From the NCBI GenBank assembly GCA_027083695.1, contig JALWNI010000058.1, positions 1 through 55,057 on the forward strand: 55,057 nt of DNA, written 5' to 3'. This DNA comes from Nautiliaceae bacterium. Its GTDB lineage: Bacteria; Campylobacterota; Campylobacteria; Campylobacterales; Nautiliaceae. The notes beneath the pieces are model-generated. The model worked only from the letters and a program-made list of their open reading frames with translations, searched no databases and was not told the DNA's origin. Shown here in pieces: positions 33,094 through 43,608 of this stretch (within the stretch, counting starts at the first letter, position 1; each line of letters opens with the position of its first letter). The position numbers and the translations under genes were made by a program.

Positions 33094-34550
33094 TGGCAAA
33101 AGTTACTGCCGTTATTGATATCGGTTCAAACTCAGCCAGAATGGCTGTATTTAAAAAGACGAGCCGTTTTGGCTTTTATCTTTTGAGAGAAGAAAAGAGT
33201 AAGGTTAGAATCAGCGAGGGTGCATATGAGCACAATGGAGAACTTCAAGATTTTGCCATTAAAAGAGCTTTAAATGCTTTGAGGGAATTTCTTTTAATTG
33301 CAAAGTCTTTAAAAACCCGTAAAATTTTATGTGTTGCAACATCTGCTGTAAGAGATGCTCCTAATAAATCCCAATTTATAAATTTGGTAAAAAAAGAGCT
33401 TGGAATTAATATAAAAGTAATTGACGGAGATAAAGAAGCGTTTTTTGGAGGAGTTGCGGCTGCAAATCTTTTATATGAAAAAAACGGTGTTACTATTGAT
33501 ATTGGTGGAGGTTCTACTGAATTTGCATATATTTCAAATAAAAAAATAGAAAACACAATTTCTTTAAAACTTGGAACGGTCAGACTTAAAGAGCTTTTTT
33601 TTGATAAAGGTGATATTGAGGGGGCTAGAAAATATATTAAAAAAGAACTTAAAAAATTAGGTGAAGTTTTTAATCATAAAAATATTTTTGGAATAGGTGG
33701 TACAATTAGAGCTTTATCAAAAGTTATTATGCAAAAAATAGAATATCCTCTTGATATTTTGCATGGATTTACATATGAATTTGAAGAGCAAAAAGAGTTT
33801 TTAGAACGTATTTTAAAAATGAAAGACGAAGAGCTTTTGAAAATAGGAGTAAAGCTAGACAGGCTTGATGTAATTAGACCCGGAACACTGATATTTATAG
33901 AAGCTATAAAATACCTTAAAGGTAAGAAAATTATTACAAGCGGCGTAGGTGTTAGAGAAGGAGTGTTTTTAACTGATTTACTGAGAAATAACAATCATCG
34001 CTTTCCAGAAAATTTTAATCCTTCTGTAAGAACTATTATTGATGTTTATCAGATTGATAGAAAAATTGCTTCTTATGAAACAAAAATAGCACTAGAACTT
34101 TTTGATTTGTTAAAGAAAGATTTTAAGCTTGACGATAAATACAAAATGCATCTGACATATGCAATTAAACTCTCAAGAGCAGGAGAGCTTATAGATTTTT
34201 ATGAAGCTCATAAGCATACAGATTATATTTTGTTAAATTCCCTTCATTATGGATTTAGACATTGTGACAGGTTACTAATCTCAAAAATTATAAGATTTCA
34301 CAAAAGAAAAAAAATAAAGAAAAAAGAGATTGAAAAATTTAAATGCCTTTTACCTAAAAAAGATATTGTAGAGAAGTTATGTAATATTTTCTGGGTTGCT
34401 AAACTCATTAATTTAAATCTTTCAATGCCAGATGTTACAATAAAAAAAGAAAATAAAAAAATAATTATTGAGGGTAAAAATCTTTATTTATCAAAAGAGA
34501 GAAGCAAAACAAGAGATTTGTTTTTTAATTTGGAAATTATTTCCACTTAA
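33093..34550 (+). CDS. ppx: Exopolyphosphatase / guanosine pentaphosphate phosphohydrolase (Ppx/GppA family)
   Basis: ASKHA-fold motifs DIGSNSARM and DIGGGSTEF, with an HD-like C-terminal domain. Confidence 0.9.
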   Translation: MAKVTAVIDIGSNSARMAVFKKTSRFGFYLLREEKSKVRISEGAYEHNGELQDFAIKRALNALREFLLIAKSLKTRKILCVATSAVRDAPNKSQFINLVKKELGINIKVIDGDKEAFFGGVAAANLLYEKNGVTIDIGGGSTEFAYISNKKIENTISLKLGTVRLKELFFDKGDIEGARKYIKKELKKLGEVFNHKNIFGIGGTIRALSKVIMQKIEYPLDILHGFTYEFEEQKEFLERILKMKDEELLKIGVKLDRLDVIRPGTLIFIEAIKYLKGKKIITSGVGVREGVFLTDLLRNNNHRFPENFNPSVRTIIDVYQIDRKIASYETKIALELFDLLKKDFKLDDKYKMHLTYAIKLSRAGELIDFYEAHKHTDYILLNSLHYGFRHCDRLLISKIIRFHKRKKIKKKEIEKFKCLLPKKDIVEKLCNIFWVAKLINLNLSMPDVTIKKENKKIIIEGKNLYLSKERSKTRDLFFNLEIIST

Positions 34551-34869
34551 TTTCTATTTTTAAAATAGAGCCTAAAATGCTCCCTAATATATCTGCTTGA
34601 AAATCTTTATGGTCAAAATTGTCATTTTTTTGAGTTTTATCATACATCTCTTTTAAAAAACCAGCAAATATACCACTAGATATTGAAATTAGATATCTTT
34701 TTATTTTTGATGGAAAAGTGTGATATCTGTTTTTATAATAATTAGTGTAAATTTTATCACTCAGTACAGCGGTAAAAGCAGTAGCTAAAAAATGTTTTTG
34801 TTTATCTGATTGATTTAAGTTTAAAGCGAAAATAAAAGAAGTAAAAAAAATTAAGATAATCTTCTTCAT
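34537..34869 (-). CDS. Small signal-peptide protein translationally coupled to bamA (possibly YfiM/DUF2279-like)
   Basis: 110 aa with signal MKKIILIFFTSFIFA and a DKQKHF motif. Its ATG shares one nt with the bamA stop (TAATG). Family assignment is weak. Confidence 0.5.
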   Translation of the reverse strand: MKKIILIFFTSFIFALNLNQSDKQKHFLATAFTAVLSDKIYTNYYKNRYHTFPSKIKRYLISISSGIFAGFLKEMYDKTQKNDNFDHKDFQADILGSILGSILKIEIKWK

Positions 34870-37052
34870 TAAAAAGAAGTTCCTAAGTTAAATTCAAATT
34901 TTTGTAAATCATCTCCTTTTTCGCTTTTGATAGGCCATGCCCAAATTAGGCTAAGTGGTCCCATAGGAGTAACCCAATCTATTTGAATTCCATATGAACT
35001 TCTTGTTATATTTGGTTTATTTTCTCCAACAGCACCATAATCTATAAAGCCGCTTAACCATACTCTATTTTTCAAACTTAAAGGTGTAGAAATTTCTGGT
35101 CCAGCGATAAATTCTACTCTACCACCGATTTTATTTCCACTGCTGTCCTCAGGAGAGATACTATACCAGTTAAATCCTCTAACACTTCTTGGTCCACCTA
35201 AATAAAATTTATCACTTATTGGTAGATAACCTATTTTTTTAATATATCCTACTTTGGTTCTAAATTTTAAAACTGCAAAGGTTTGATAAGTTTTATTTGT
35301 TAAAGGGTAGAAATATTTAAATTCTCCAAGAGTTTTTAAATATCTTTGATCCCCTCCGATTCCTGCATATTCTGCTGAAATTGAAGCAATTTTTCCTGTT
35401 GTTGGAAAGAAATAATTATCTGTATCATTATAATTTAATGATGTCATTATATAGCTTTTTGTTGTGTTTGGTTTTATTAAATAATCAAGTGTAGTGTCAT
35501 AATTACTTAAATTTTCTTTGACATAACCATATGTTATATTAGCAGATAAATTTCTTGAAAGTTTTTTACCTACACCTACGCTAAAACCTCTTTTTTTACT
35601 ATCATATGAAATACCTTCAAATGTATTATTAAAAATAGAAGCATTAAATGAATATAAAGAATCAAAAACCCTTGGATTGAATAAAGAAAGAGAATAATTT
35701 CTAGTTTTTGAATTTATATCTGCATTAATTGAAATGGTTTGACCGCTCCCAAATACATTTTTTTTACTTAGTGCTAAATTAAATCCAAGTTTTGTGTAAC
35801 TTCCATAACTTATACCTGCTCTTAGCGAACCACTAAGCCCTTCTTTTACTTTTATTAAAATATCCATTTTATTTTTGGATACTTTTTTTTGGATTATTTT
35901 TACATTTTGTAAATAACCAGTTCTTTGCAGTGTATATTTTGTATCAATATAATCTTTATATGAATATTTTGAACCAGGTGTTAAATAAACATTTCTTCTT
36001 ATAACTCTGTCAAGTGTTTCATTATTGCCACTAATAATTACATTATTTATATAAACAATTTGACCAGGATAAATTACATATGTCACATATAATTTATTTT
36101 TATGTTTTTGAATATCAGGATAAACTTTTGCATAGGCATATCCTTCATTTTGAAAAGCATGTTTAATATCTTCCAAATCTTTTCTAAGTGCTGAAATGTT
36201 GAAATATTTATTTGTTTTTAATTTAAGCTCAGGAAGTTTTACTTTGATAGTTTTAGGATATTGAAAAGATATTTTCTCTACGATATATCTTGGTCCCTGA
36301 TATATTTGATAATCAATATCAGCAAAATATGAATCAAGGTTTGCTTTTGCAAGAGGAAGAGAAACTTTTGCGTCTAAATATCCTAAGTTCATATAAAAAT
36401 CTTGTAAATTTTTTCTATCTTCTATTAATTTAAAAACTTTTAATGTCCCACTGTTAAAAAAAGGCAAAAAGCTCCAAAATGTTCTTTCTTTATTTTCAAT
36501 TTCACTTTCGAGTTCGCTTTTTGGCAAAGTTGATCCAAAGAAATTTACTTTTCTAATAATTACTTTTTTTCCTTTTTTTATAATAATATTTAAAATAATT
36601 TTTGTTTGTGTAATTGGTTGAATTTTAGTTTTAACTACCGTATTAAAATATCCTTTTGCTAGATAATAGTTTTCAATAAAATTTTTTAATTTTTTTAATT
36701 TTTCATTATTTAAAATTTCTCCTCTTTTAGGAAGAAGATTTTGTTCTTTTAATATTTTTTTAAGATCTTGTGAGAGATTTTCTGTGTTTATTTTTGTTAT
36801 AGTGGGTTTTTCTAAACAAATAAAGGTTAATATTCCATTTGAATAATCAGCTTTTATTGTTTTAAAATAGCCAGTTTTATATAATGATTTTATACTTTCA
36901 TTTACTTTTGTCAAATTTAATTCACTATCAGGTGTTATTTTAATAAGCGTATTTGCAGTTTGAGGCGATAAATGAATGAGTCCTTTATACTTAATCTGTT
37001 TTATGTTTTGTGCTAACATTAAAGCTGGTAATAAAAATATAATTTTTTTCAT
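34869..37052 (-). CDS. bamA: Outer membrane protein assembly factor BamA
   Basis: 727 aa with a signal peptide, POTRA-like repeats, a C-terminal beta-barrel and a terminal F. Confidence 0.92.
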   Translation of the reverse strand: MKKIIFLLPALMLAQNIKQIKYKGLIHLSPQTANTLIKITPDSELNLTKVNESIKSLYKTGYFKTIKADYSNGILTFICLEKPTITKINTENLSQDLKKILKEQNLLPKRGEILNNEKLKKLKNFIENYYLAKGYFNTVVKTKIQPITQTKIILNIIIKKGKKVIIRKVNFFGSTLPKSELESEIENKERTFWSFLPFFNSGTLKVFKLIEDRKNLQDFYMNLGYLDAKVSLPLAKANLDSYFADIDYQIYQGPRYIVEKISFQYPKTIKVKLPELKLKTNKYFNISALRKDLEDIKHAFQNEGYAYAKVYPDIQKHKNKLYVTYVIYPGQIVYINNVIISGNNETLDRVIRRNVYLTPGSKYSYKDYIDTKYTLQRTGYLQNVKIIQKKVSKNKMDILIKVKEGLSGSLRAGISYGSYTKLGFNLALSKKNVFGSGQTISINADINSKTRNYSLSLFNPRVFDSLYSFNASIFNNTFEGISYDSKKRGFSVGVGKKLSRNLSANITYGYVKENLSNYDTTLDYLIKPNTTKSYIMTSLNYNDTDNYFFPTTGKIASISAEYAGIGGDQRYLKTLGEFKYFYPLTNKTYQTFAVLKFRTKVGYIKKIGYLPISDKFYLGGPRSVRGFNWYSISPEDSSGNKIGGRVEFIAGPEISTPLSLKNRVWLSGFIDYGAVGENKPNITRSSYGIQIDWVTPMGPLSLIWAWPIKSEKGDDLQKFEFNLGTSF

Positions 37053-37122
37053 GAGTCCCCTTAGCTTTGTTTGGATAAAATTATATCGTAATTGTGATAT
37101 AATTTTTTAAAAAAGAGGTTAA

Positions 37123-37950
37123 ATGGTTTGTAGTATTGTAGGACTTGGACTTATGGGCGGTAGTTTTGGTCTTGCTATGAGAGATTATTTTGAAAAAATT
37201 ATAGGTATTGACCATAATAAAAATCATTGCAATGAAGCATTAAAACTTGGATTGGTTGATGAAATAGGAAATTTTGAATCAATTGAAGAAAGTGATATTG
37301 TTATTTTAGCTATTCCAGTTAAAGGTATAATTAAAGCGTTAAATGAAATTTCAAAACTTAATTTTAAAGATGATTTAACTATTATTGATTTTGGTTCCAC
37401 CAAAGAAAGTATTATAAAATCTTGTCCTAAACATATAAGAAAAAATTTAGTGGCTTCTCATCCCATGGCGGGAACTGAATATTCAGGTCCTAATGCCGCA
37501 ATAGCAGATTTATATAATAATAAAATAATGGTTGTTTGTAATATTGAAGAGAGTGGTAAAGTACAGAGAAATAGAGCAGTAGATATATTTAATAAATTAA
37601 AAATGCATATCAAATATATGGATGCAAATGAACATGACAGACATGCCGCGTTTATCTCACATATGCCTCATATTGTCTCTTTCTCAATAGCAAACGCAGT
37701 ACTAAAACAAGAAGACAAAGAACATATTGTTACATTGGCTGCCGGAGGTTTTAGAGATATGAGTAGGCTAGCCAAAAGTAACCCCCATATGTGGAGAGAT
37801 ATATTCAGTGAAAATAAAAAAAATTTACTTGATTCCATTGAAGCTTTTAAAAGTGAACTTAAAAAAGCCAAAAAAATGATAGAAAATGAAGAATGGGATA
37901 AACTTGAAGAGTGGATGAAAACAGGGAATAATCTTCATAAAATTATGTAG
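37123..37950 (+). CDS. tyrA: Prephenate dehydrogenase
   Basis: Rossmann GLGLMGGS and the HPMAG catalytic motif. Confidence 0.9.
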   Translation: MVCSIVGLGLMGGSFGLAMRDYFEKIIGIDHNKNHCNEALKLGLVDEIGNFESIEESDIVILAIPVKGIIKALNEISKLNFKDDLTIIDFGSTKESIIKSCPKHIRKNLVASHPMAGTEYSGPNAAIADLYNNKIMVVCNIEESGKVQRNRAVDIFNKLKMHIKYMDANEHDRHAAFISHMPHIVSFSIANAVLKQEDKEHIVTLAAGGFRDMSRLAKSNPHMWRDIFSENKKNLLDSIEAFKSELKKAKKMIENEEWDKLEEWMKTGNNLHKIM

Positions 37951-38476
37951 AATAAAAATATCTTATAGATGCAAAACCAACTGCTTTTGAATTTTTTACT
38001 TTTTCTATTTCTTTATCGTTTATTATTCCTCCAAGAGCAATAACATTTGGATGAATTTCGCATACTTTATTTAAAACTTCTATTCCAAGACCAACTCTTC
38101 CTTTTGAATTAAATATAGGGGAAAAAGTAATATAATCAGAAAGCAAGGACTTTTTAACTTCTTCGATAGAGTGTGTGGATGTTATAAAAATATGATTTGG
38201 ATACTCTTTTTTTAATTCGCTTAGTTTTTCTATAAATTTACTTGGGAAATGTATTCCATCAAAATATTTTATAATTTTTTTATCAGGAATGCTCTCAAAA
38301 TTTATAAAAGTTTTAGAGTATTTTTTTGTATGTTCAATAAATTTAGTTATTTCATCTGTGGAAGGATTATGTTTATTTCTATAACATACAAATGTGGGAG
38401 AAAATTGACGAATTGCATTGAATGTTTGAAAAAGAGAGAAGGAGGGGTCAGTTATAAAGTATTTTATTATAGTGAT
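37943..38476 (-). CDS. Thiamine-phosphate synthase (ThiE/TenI)-like protein; start codon unresolved
   Basis: The family N-terminus KYFITDP begins right at the atpB stop. No ATG, GTG or TTG lies between there and the track's ATG at 38593, which is 127 nt inside atpB. The candidates are ATC 38476 and ATA 38470/38467. The C-terminus (ALGGI ... GFASIRYF) fits the family. Confidence 0.5.
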   Translation of the reverse strand: MTIIKYFITDPSFSLFQTFNAIRQFSPTFVCYRNKHNPSTDEITKFIEHTKKYSKTFINFESIPDKKIIKYFDGIHFPSKFIEKLSELKKEYPNHIFITSTHSIEEVKKSLLSDYITFSPIFNSKGRVGLGIEVLNKVCEIHPNVIALGGIINDKEIEKVKNSKAVGFASIRYFYST

Positions 38477-39150
38477 TCCTCGTGACCAGATACTGCACCA
38501 TAAATATATACATATGTTAATACCATGAAAATAAACGCTTGAAGAACAGCTGAGAAACTCATAAGAGCAAATCCTGCAAGAGGAAATATCCAAGGAGCAA
38601 GCATTAATAGAACTAATACAAATAAATCATCACCTTTGATGTTACCAAATAACCTGAATGCAAGTGAAATAATTCTTGAAAAGTGAGATAATATTTCTAC
38701 TGGGAATATTAAAGGCGATAGCCATTTAACAGGCCCTGCAAAGTGAGCTATATAATGTCCTAATCCTTGTTTTCTTATACCTTCAAAATGATAATAAATA
38801 AACACGATAAGAGCTAATGTAAGAGTGAAATTTACGTTTCCGCTTGGCGGTTCAAAACCTGGGATAATTTCCATTAAGTTTGAAAAGAAAATAAAAATTG
38901 CAAGACTACCTGCAAGAACTAAATATTTTCTTGCCACTTCTTCATTTGCAACATCTTTTCCTACATATAAAATCCCGCTAACTGCTGCTTCCATTACATT
39001 TTGGCATCCGTTTGGGACAATTTGAAGTTTTCTTGTGGCAAGTTTAGCTACTAAAACAGAAAGAAATGCTGCTAGCAATGTATGAACAATTAATTGAACA
39101 TATGGATTATGCCCTAAAAATCCAAAAAATAACCAAATTCTACCTTCCAT
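38467..39150 (-). CDS. atpB: F0F1 ATP synthase subunit a
   Basis: Multi-TM protein with the conserved Arg region (LAFRLFGNI). The ATG at 39150 (MEGRIW) follows AAGGA and is preferred over the track start at 39180. Confidence 0.9.
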   Translation of the reverse strand: MEGRIWLFFGFLGHNPYVQLIVHTLLAAFLSVLVAKLATRKLQIVPNGCQNVMEAAVSGILYVGKDVANEEVARKYLVLAGSLAIFIFFSNLMEIIPGFEPPSGNVNFTLTLALIVFIYYHFEGIRKQGLGHYIAHFAGPVKWLSPLIFPVEILSHFSRIISLAFRLFGNIKGDDLFVLVLLMLAPWIFPLAGFALMSFSAVLQAFIFMVLTYVYIYGAVSGHEESL

Positions 39151-39331
39151 TATATTCCTTTTTTTATGAAATTTTACCATAATAATTAAAAATATATTAA
39201 TGTGAATTGTGAAAAAAATAAAATTTTGAAAAATTTACACAGTAAAGATGAGAAAAAGGTAAATGAGTTGATGAATATAAATGGAGAAAAAGAGGAGGGA
39301 AAAATAAAAATATGATAATGTAAAAAAGAAT

Positions 39332-40048
39332 TTATAAGTTCATTTTAAACTGTCCTATCCGATAAAGTGCAAAATCATATTTTAAAGGGTCATTTTTATC
39401 AAATTTTTTTAAATTTTCTGTTAGCTCAATTGCTGCTTGTAAATCATATGTTTTTCTTTTTAAAAGACCTAAATTTAAAGATACTTTATGAGTGTGAGTA
39501 TCTAATGGAATTATTAAATCTTTTTTATTTACCCCTTCCCATAAACCTAAATCTGGTAAAGAATTTCTGACCATCCATCTTAAAAACATATTCCATCTTT
39601 TATAAGGGCTTATACCTTTTGTTTTATAAGGAGGAATTTTTCCTATTAAAAACTGATACCCTTTTGACGTGTAAGGATTTATTTTATAAATAGTTTGTAT
39701 TATTTCTCTTAATCCGTCGATTACATTACTTTCTTTTTTATAACCTTTTAAAAATAGTTCATTAAGTGAAAATTCTTTTTTCATGATTTTTATTGTTTTT
39801 AAAAACTCCTCAACATCTTTTTTGGTTTGAAATCTATAATAAGTATTATTTGAATTTAAATTTTCTAAATCAATAGAATTTAAAAAATTCATTATTGCTG
39901 TAACATTTCCATATGCAAAAAGAGCGGCAATTAAGGCAATATATTCGTCATTATATTTTTTTGCAATTATTATTGGATCGGGTTTTTTTTCTGAAATTTC
40001 ATAAATGTTTTCACTAATCAACTTATCAAGTTTTTCTTTTATACTCAT
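39332..40048 (-). CDS. Conserved hypothetical protein (TIGR02757/DUF2400-like)
   Basis: 238 aa with LIAALFAYGNV and DTHT motifs, as I recall for DUF2400. Unverified. Confidence 0.55.
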   Translation of the reverse strand: MSIKEKLDKLISENIYEISEKKPDPIIIAKKYNDEYIALIAALFAYGNVTAIMNFLNSIDLENLNSNNTYYRFQTKKDVEEFLKTIKIMKKEFSLNELFLKGYKKESNVIDGLREIIQTIYKINPYTSKGYQFLIGKIPPYKTKGISPYKRWNMFLRWMVRNSLPDLGLWEGVNKKDLIIPLDTHTHKVSLNLGLLKRKTYDLQAAIELTENLKKFDKNDPLKYDFALYRIGQFKMNL

Positions 40049-40101
40049 TTAGCCTGCCTTTATAAAGATTTGTGATATAATTATATAAAAAAGGGGAAAA
40101 T

Positions 40102-40752
40102 ATGATTATAAGAGGTGAAACAAATATTATTAAAGTTTATGATTTGACTCCTTTAATTGCAAAAGATGATTATGATTTGGATAATTTAAAAGAGATTGAA
40201 AAATTTCAAGATACGGTGTTGAGTTATATTGACAGTGGGGAAGCGGAAGCTTTAAGTTTTGAAACGGAGCTTATTGGAACGGTTCCTGAAAATACCGAAA
40301 TTGAAATAGGTGATGAAACATATTTTTTTGAAGATATTCAATATATAAATAAAAATGTTGATAATTTAATTACAAATAGTTTAAATGAAGGAGATGTTGT
40401 CTGTTTAATGCAGGCAAGTGGAGATGGATATTTTGAATATGAAGAAAATCCGGACATAAATCAATTTAAAATAGGATATACAGCATGTGATATTAATACG
40501 CCAGATGAACCTGTGTATGATTTCTTTTGTGATTTATTACTTCCTGATTTAGTTAAGGTAAATGATAAAAAATTAGAAGTTATAGCTAAAAATTTTTATC
40601 CAAAAGACACTATTATTGCAGAAGTTTATGTTGTAAAAAGTGAAAAAAATAAAAAATATTTACAAAAAATTTGTGAAATTGATGTATTGCATTTTGGATG
40701 GGATTTATTTGAAGATATTATTCAAGTTGATTATGATGACCCTATTGCTTGA
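40102..40752 (+). CDS. Acidic hypothetical protein
   Basis: 216-aa ORF with no recognisable domain. Its 3' end overlaps the convergent flgK by 11 nt. Confidence 0.5.
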   Translation: MIIRGETNIIKVYDLTPLIAKDDYDLDNLKEIEKFQDTVLSYIDSGEAEALSFETELIGTVPENTEIEIGDETYFFEDIQYINKNVDNLITNSLNEGDVVCLMQASGDGYFEYEENPDINQFKIGYTACDINTPDEPVYDFFCDLLLPDLVKVNDKKLEVIAKNFYPKDTIIAEVYVVKSEKNKKYLQKICEIDVLHFGWDLFEDIIQVDYDDPIA

Positions 40753-42922
40753 TGCTAAATAAAGCATCAAGCATATTGTTTATTGTAGTTATAACTCTTG
40801 CATTTGCCTGATATCCTCTTTGATATTTTTCAAGATTTATAAGTTCTTCGTCAATATTAACTCCACTTAATGAATAGTATTCATTTGAAATACTTTTGTA
40901 TAATGTTTGTGTTGAATCTTTTTTGCTGCTTACATTATTAATCGTATCAGCAAGATTTGTTGTTGTTTGTCTATAATATTCAAATAGTGTGGCAGAACTT
41001 CCATCATCAAAATTTAGTTTTTTATATTGTAATTGTAAAATGTCATTTGCTACTTCATTATTACCTTGATTTGGAGCTTTATAAGCATGAATTAGGCTTG
41101 GATTATCTTGAAGTTTTTTGGCAAGAGTAATAGTAGAAGCATTATTCCCTTCGAAAAATTGATTAATTCCAAATACTCCTCCAAAATTTGATACATCGTT
41201 ATCAAGCCCTATATAAGTATTTTGATCTGTTTTTTTAGTAAAAATGACTTTTCCGTTTAAAATAGAGGCTTGATAATAGTCATCAACATCATTGTTTGGA
41301 TTATTGTCTTTATTATCATCTATATTTTTTGTATTTATTTGATTTATCGCTCCTTGTATTGTATTGTATCTCGGATCCGTTGAATTTAAATCAATAGTAA
41401 TATGTCTTTGGGCTATTACATTACCATTTTCATCATATACATTTACATCAAATCCTCCATCTTGAAGTTTTAGAGGTAATTGGTCATTAATTTGATTTAT
41501 TGGAAGATATTCATATTCTTTTAAAGCACTAAACATTAAACTTCCATCATCGCTTACTAAAATACTTCCTTTTGGATTAACTTCTCCATCGCCATTTGAG
41601 TCTTTTGGCACAAATTTAATTTCTCCGTTTTGAATTACTGCCTGCACATCAAAATTGCTATCATAAGAATCAATTTTATCATTAATTTTTTTAAGTACTG
41701 TATTTATTGAATCTGTTTTTTTAATACTAACTTGCAAAGTTGTTAAAGGATTACCGCTATTATCCAATACATCTAATTTTAAAATTCCATTTCTTACATC
41801 ATGTGCCAAGATTCCCTCTTGATAAAGAAGAGTTAAAGGAGTACTCTCAATATCAGGAGAAATTGTTATAGGCTTGAATGTTTGAACCCCTACTGCTTCT
41901 TCTTGGGCAGAATAAGAATAAATTGAATTTATGCTTCTTATAAGCGTTGATGATAAATTATTTAATGAATTAACCAATTCTCCAATAGTCCCATTGATGG
42001 GTGTTCCGTCATTATTAAAATCAGTTCCTCTTACTTTTAATAATGCTCCAATTTCAGATTTATCAATACTTGATGTTACATTTGCTACACTGTAATCATC
42101 TTTTACAACACCAATATTTATATTTCCATTTACATCAATTTCTTTTAATTCATGATATGTGGAACCATCTATTAGAGGATATCCTCCAAGGGTCATCTGA
42201 TAATTTTGTGAATAATCAACTGTTACAGCACCTTGGGAGTCTTGGGATGTTATACCGCTTTTAAATACCTGAACATCAATTATTTCTCTAAGTCTTTTTT
42301 CAAGAGCGTCTCTTTTGTCTCTTAGTTCATTTGCATGAGATTTTCCATTTGCTTCATGTGTTGTGATTTCTTTGTTTAATTGGGCAATATTTTGAATAAT
42401 GGAATTTGCTTCTTTAACTCTTGAATCAATCTCTTCATTTATGCTCTCTCTAATATCTTTTAATTTATTTATTAAAGAATGAAAAGTATCTGTTAATTTT
42501 TCTGTGGTATTTGCTAAGGCTACTTTTACACTTCCATCATTAGGATTGCTTGCAAAATTTTGCCAAGCGTTAAAAAAATCTTGCATATCTTTATATAATC
42601 CTTGGTCATTTACATCTGGAAAGTATGTTCCTATTTCTTGTAGATATTCTTCTTGTGTTTTTAATGAATTAAGTGCTGCCGAAGTTTTTGCAAATCTATT
42701 AAAGAGAAATGTGTCAGTAATTCTATTGATTGAGCTTATCTCGACACCTGTTCCTATATCTCCCGGAATGGAATTTATAGGTTTCAAAGTAGAAAATATA
42801 GCTCTTTCTCTTACATAATCGGGATTTGATGCGTTAGATATATTGTTTGATGTTACATCAAGAGCGGTTTGATGAGCTTTTAATCCTGTAAGAGCAATAT
42901 TAAGACCTGATGAAATAGCCAT
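40742..42922 (-). CDS. flgK: Flagellar hook-associated protein 1 (FlgK)
   Basis: N-terminal GLNIALTGLKAHQTALDVTSNNISNA and a C-terminal ... EELINLEKYQRGYQANARVI motif. The long central insert is typical of epsilonproteobacteria. Confidence 0.92.
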   Translation of the reverse strand: MAISSGLNIALTGLKAHQTALDVTSNNISNASNPDYVRERAIFSTLKPINSIPGDIGTGVEISSINRITDTFLFNRFAKTSAALNSLKTQEEYLQEIGTYFPDVNDQGLYKDMQDFFNAWQNFASNPNDGSVKVALANTTEKLTDTFHSLINKLKDIRESINEEIDSRVKEANSIIQNIAQLNKEITTHEANGKSHANELRDKRDALEKRLREIIDVQVFKSGITSQDSQGAVTVDYSQNYQMTLGGYPLIDGSTYHELKEIDVNGNINIGVVKDDYSVANVTSSIDKSEIGALLKVRGTDFNNDGTPINGTIGELVNSLNNLSSTLIRSINSIYSYSAQEEAVGVQTFKPITISPDIESTPLTLLYQEGILAHDVRNGILKLDVLDNSGNPLTTLQVSIKKTDSINTVLKKINDKIDSYDSNFDVQAVIQNGEIKFVPKDSNGDGEVNPKGSILVSDDGSLMFSALKEYEYLPINQINDQLPLKLQDGGFDVNVYDENGNVIAQRHITIDLNSTDPRYNTIQGAINQINTKNIDDNKDNNPNNDVDDYYQASILNGKVIFTKKTDQNTYIGLDNDVSNFGGVFGINQFFEGNNASTITLAKKLQDNPSLIHAYKAPNQGNNEVANDILQLQYKKLNFDDGSSATLFEYYRQTTTNLADTINNVSSKKDSTQTLYKSISNEYYSLSGVNIDEELINLEKYQRGYQANARVITTINNMLDALFSIKQ

Positions 42923-42924
42923 TT

Positions 42925-43335
42925 TTAAGCCTTTACTTTAATAAATGGATTTTGGATGTCATCTTTATCATAAGTTATTTTCTTTTTATTTTTTATTTTT
43001 TCAAGTAAAACATTATAAAAATTTGTAACACTAAAAGAGAGCTTTGAGAATAGTTTATGTTTTTCATAGAAACTATTTAATAATGTTTTAAATTCTTCAA
43101 ATGCAACTTCTTCTTCTTTTGTGAAAATTTTATCAATTGGAAGATTTCTGTTTTTTAAAATATTATCGATTTCGTTTTTAAGTTTTTGAAATTCTTTTGC
43201 TAAATCTTCTTTTAGTTTAATATTATTAAAAATTTTATTGTGATTTGCTTTTTTTATATTTTTTATATCTTCATCAGTAATTTGTATTAAAGATTTTAAA
43301 ACTTTATTTATTTGATTAAGTTTTTGTATGAGCAT
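42925..43335 (-). CDS. FlgN-like flagellar chaperone (assigned by position)
   Basis: 136-aa helical protein between flgM and flgK, the same slot as Cj1465 in C. jejuni as I recall. Confidence 0.5.
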   Translation of the reverse strand: MLIQKLNQINKVLKSLIQITDEDIKNIKKANHNKIFNNIKLKEDLAKEFQKLKNEIDNILKNRNLPIDKIFTKEEEVAFEEFKTLLNSFYEKHKLFSKLSFSVTNFYNVLLEKIKNKKKITYDKDDIQNPFIKVKA

Positions 43336-43367
43336 TGTTCCACCTTTATAACAGATGGAAGAGAAGG

Positions 43368-43550
43368 TTATTTAAGTAGATATTTAATCATCGATTCAGC
43401 GGTTTTATTGATATCTACTTTATAAGTACCATTTTTGATTTGTTGTTTTATCTCTTCCACCCTTGATAATTGTCTATTTTCTTCGGTTTTTTTAGATTTT
43501 TGGGTAGAAAGGTTTTTTACATTCAAAAAATTGTTATTATTAATTCTCAT
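43368..43550 (-). CDS. flgM: Anti-sigma-28 factor FlgM
   Basis: 60 aa. The C-terminal VEEIKQQIKNGTYKVDINKTAESMIKY matches the FlgM sigma-28-binding region. Confidence 0.7.
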   Translation of the reverse strand: MRINNNNFLNVKNLSTQKSKKTEENRQLSRVEEIKQQIKNGTYKVDINKTAESMIKYLLK

Positions 43551-43608
43551 TTAAAACCTTTTATTTTTTTATAATTCTACCCAATAAAATCGGCATTTGA
43601 GAAAAAAA

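Noticed and set aside
38249-39025. Plus-strand ORFs 38249-38485 and 38825-39025
   Set aside because: They are antisense to the ThiE-like gene and atpB respectively and carry no supporting signals.
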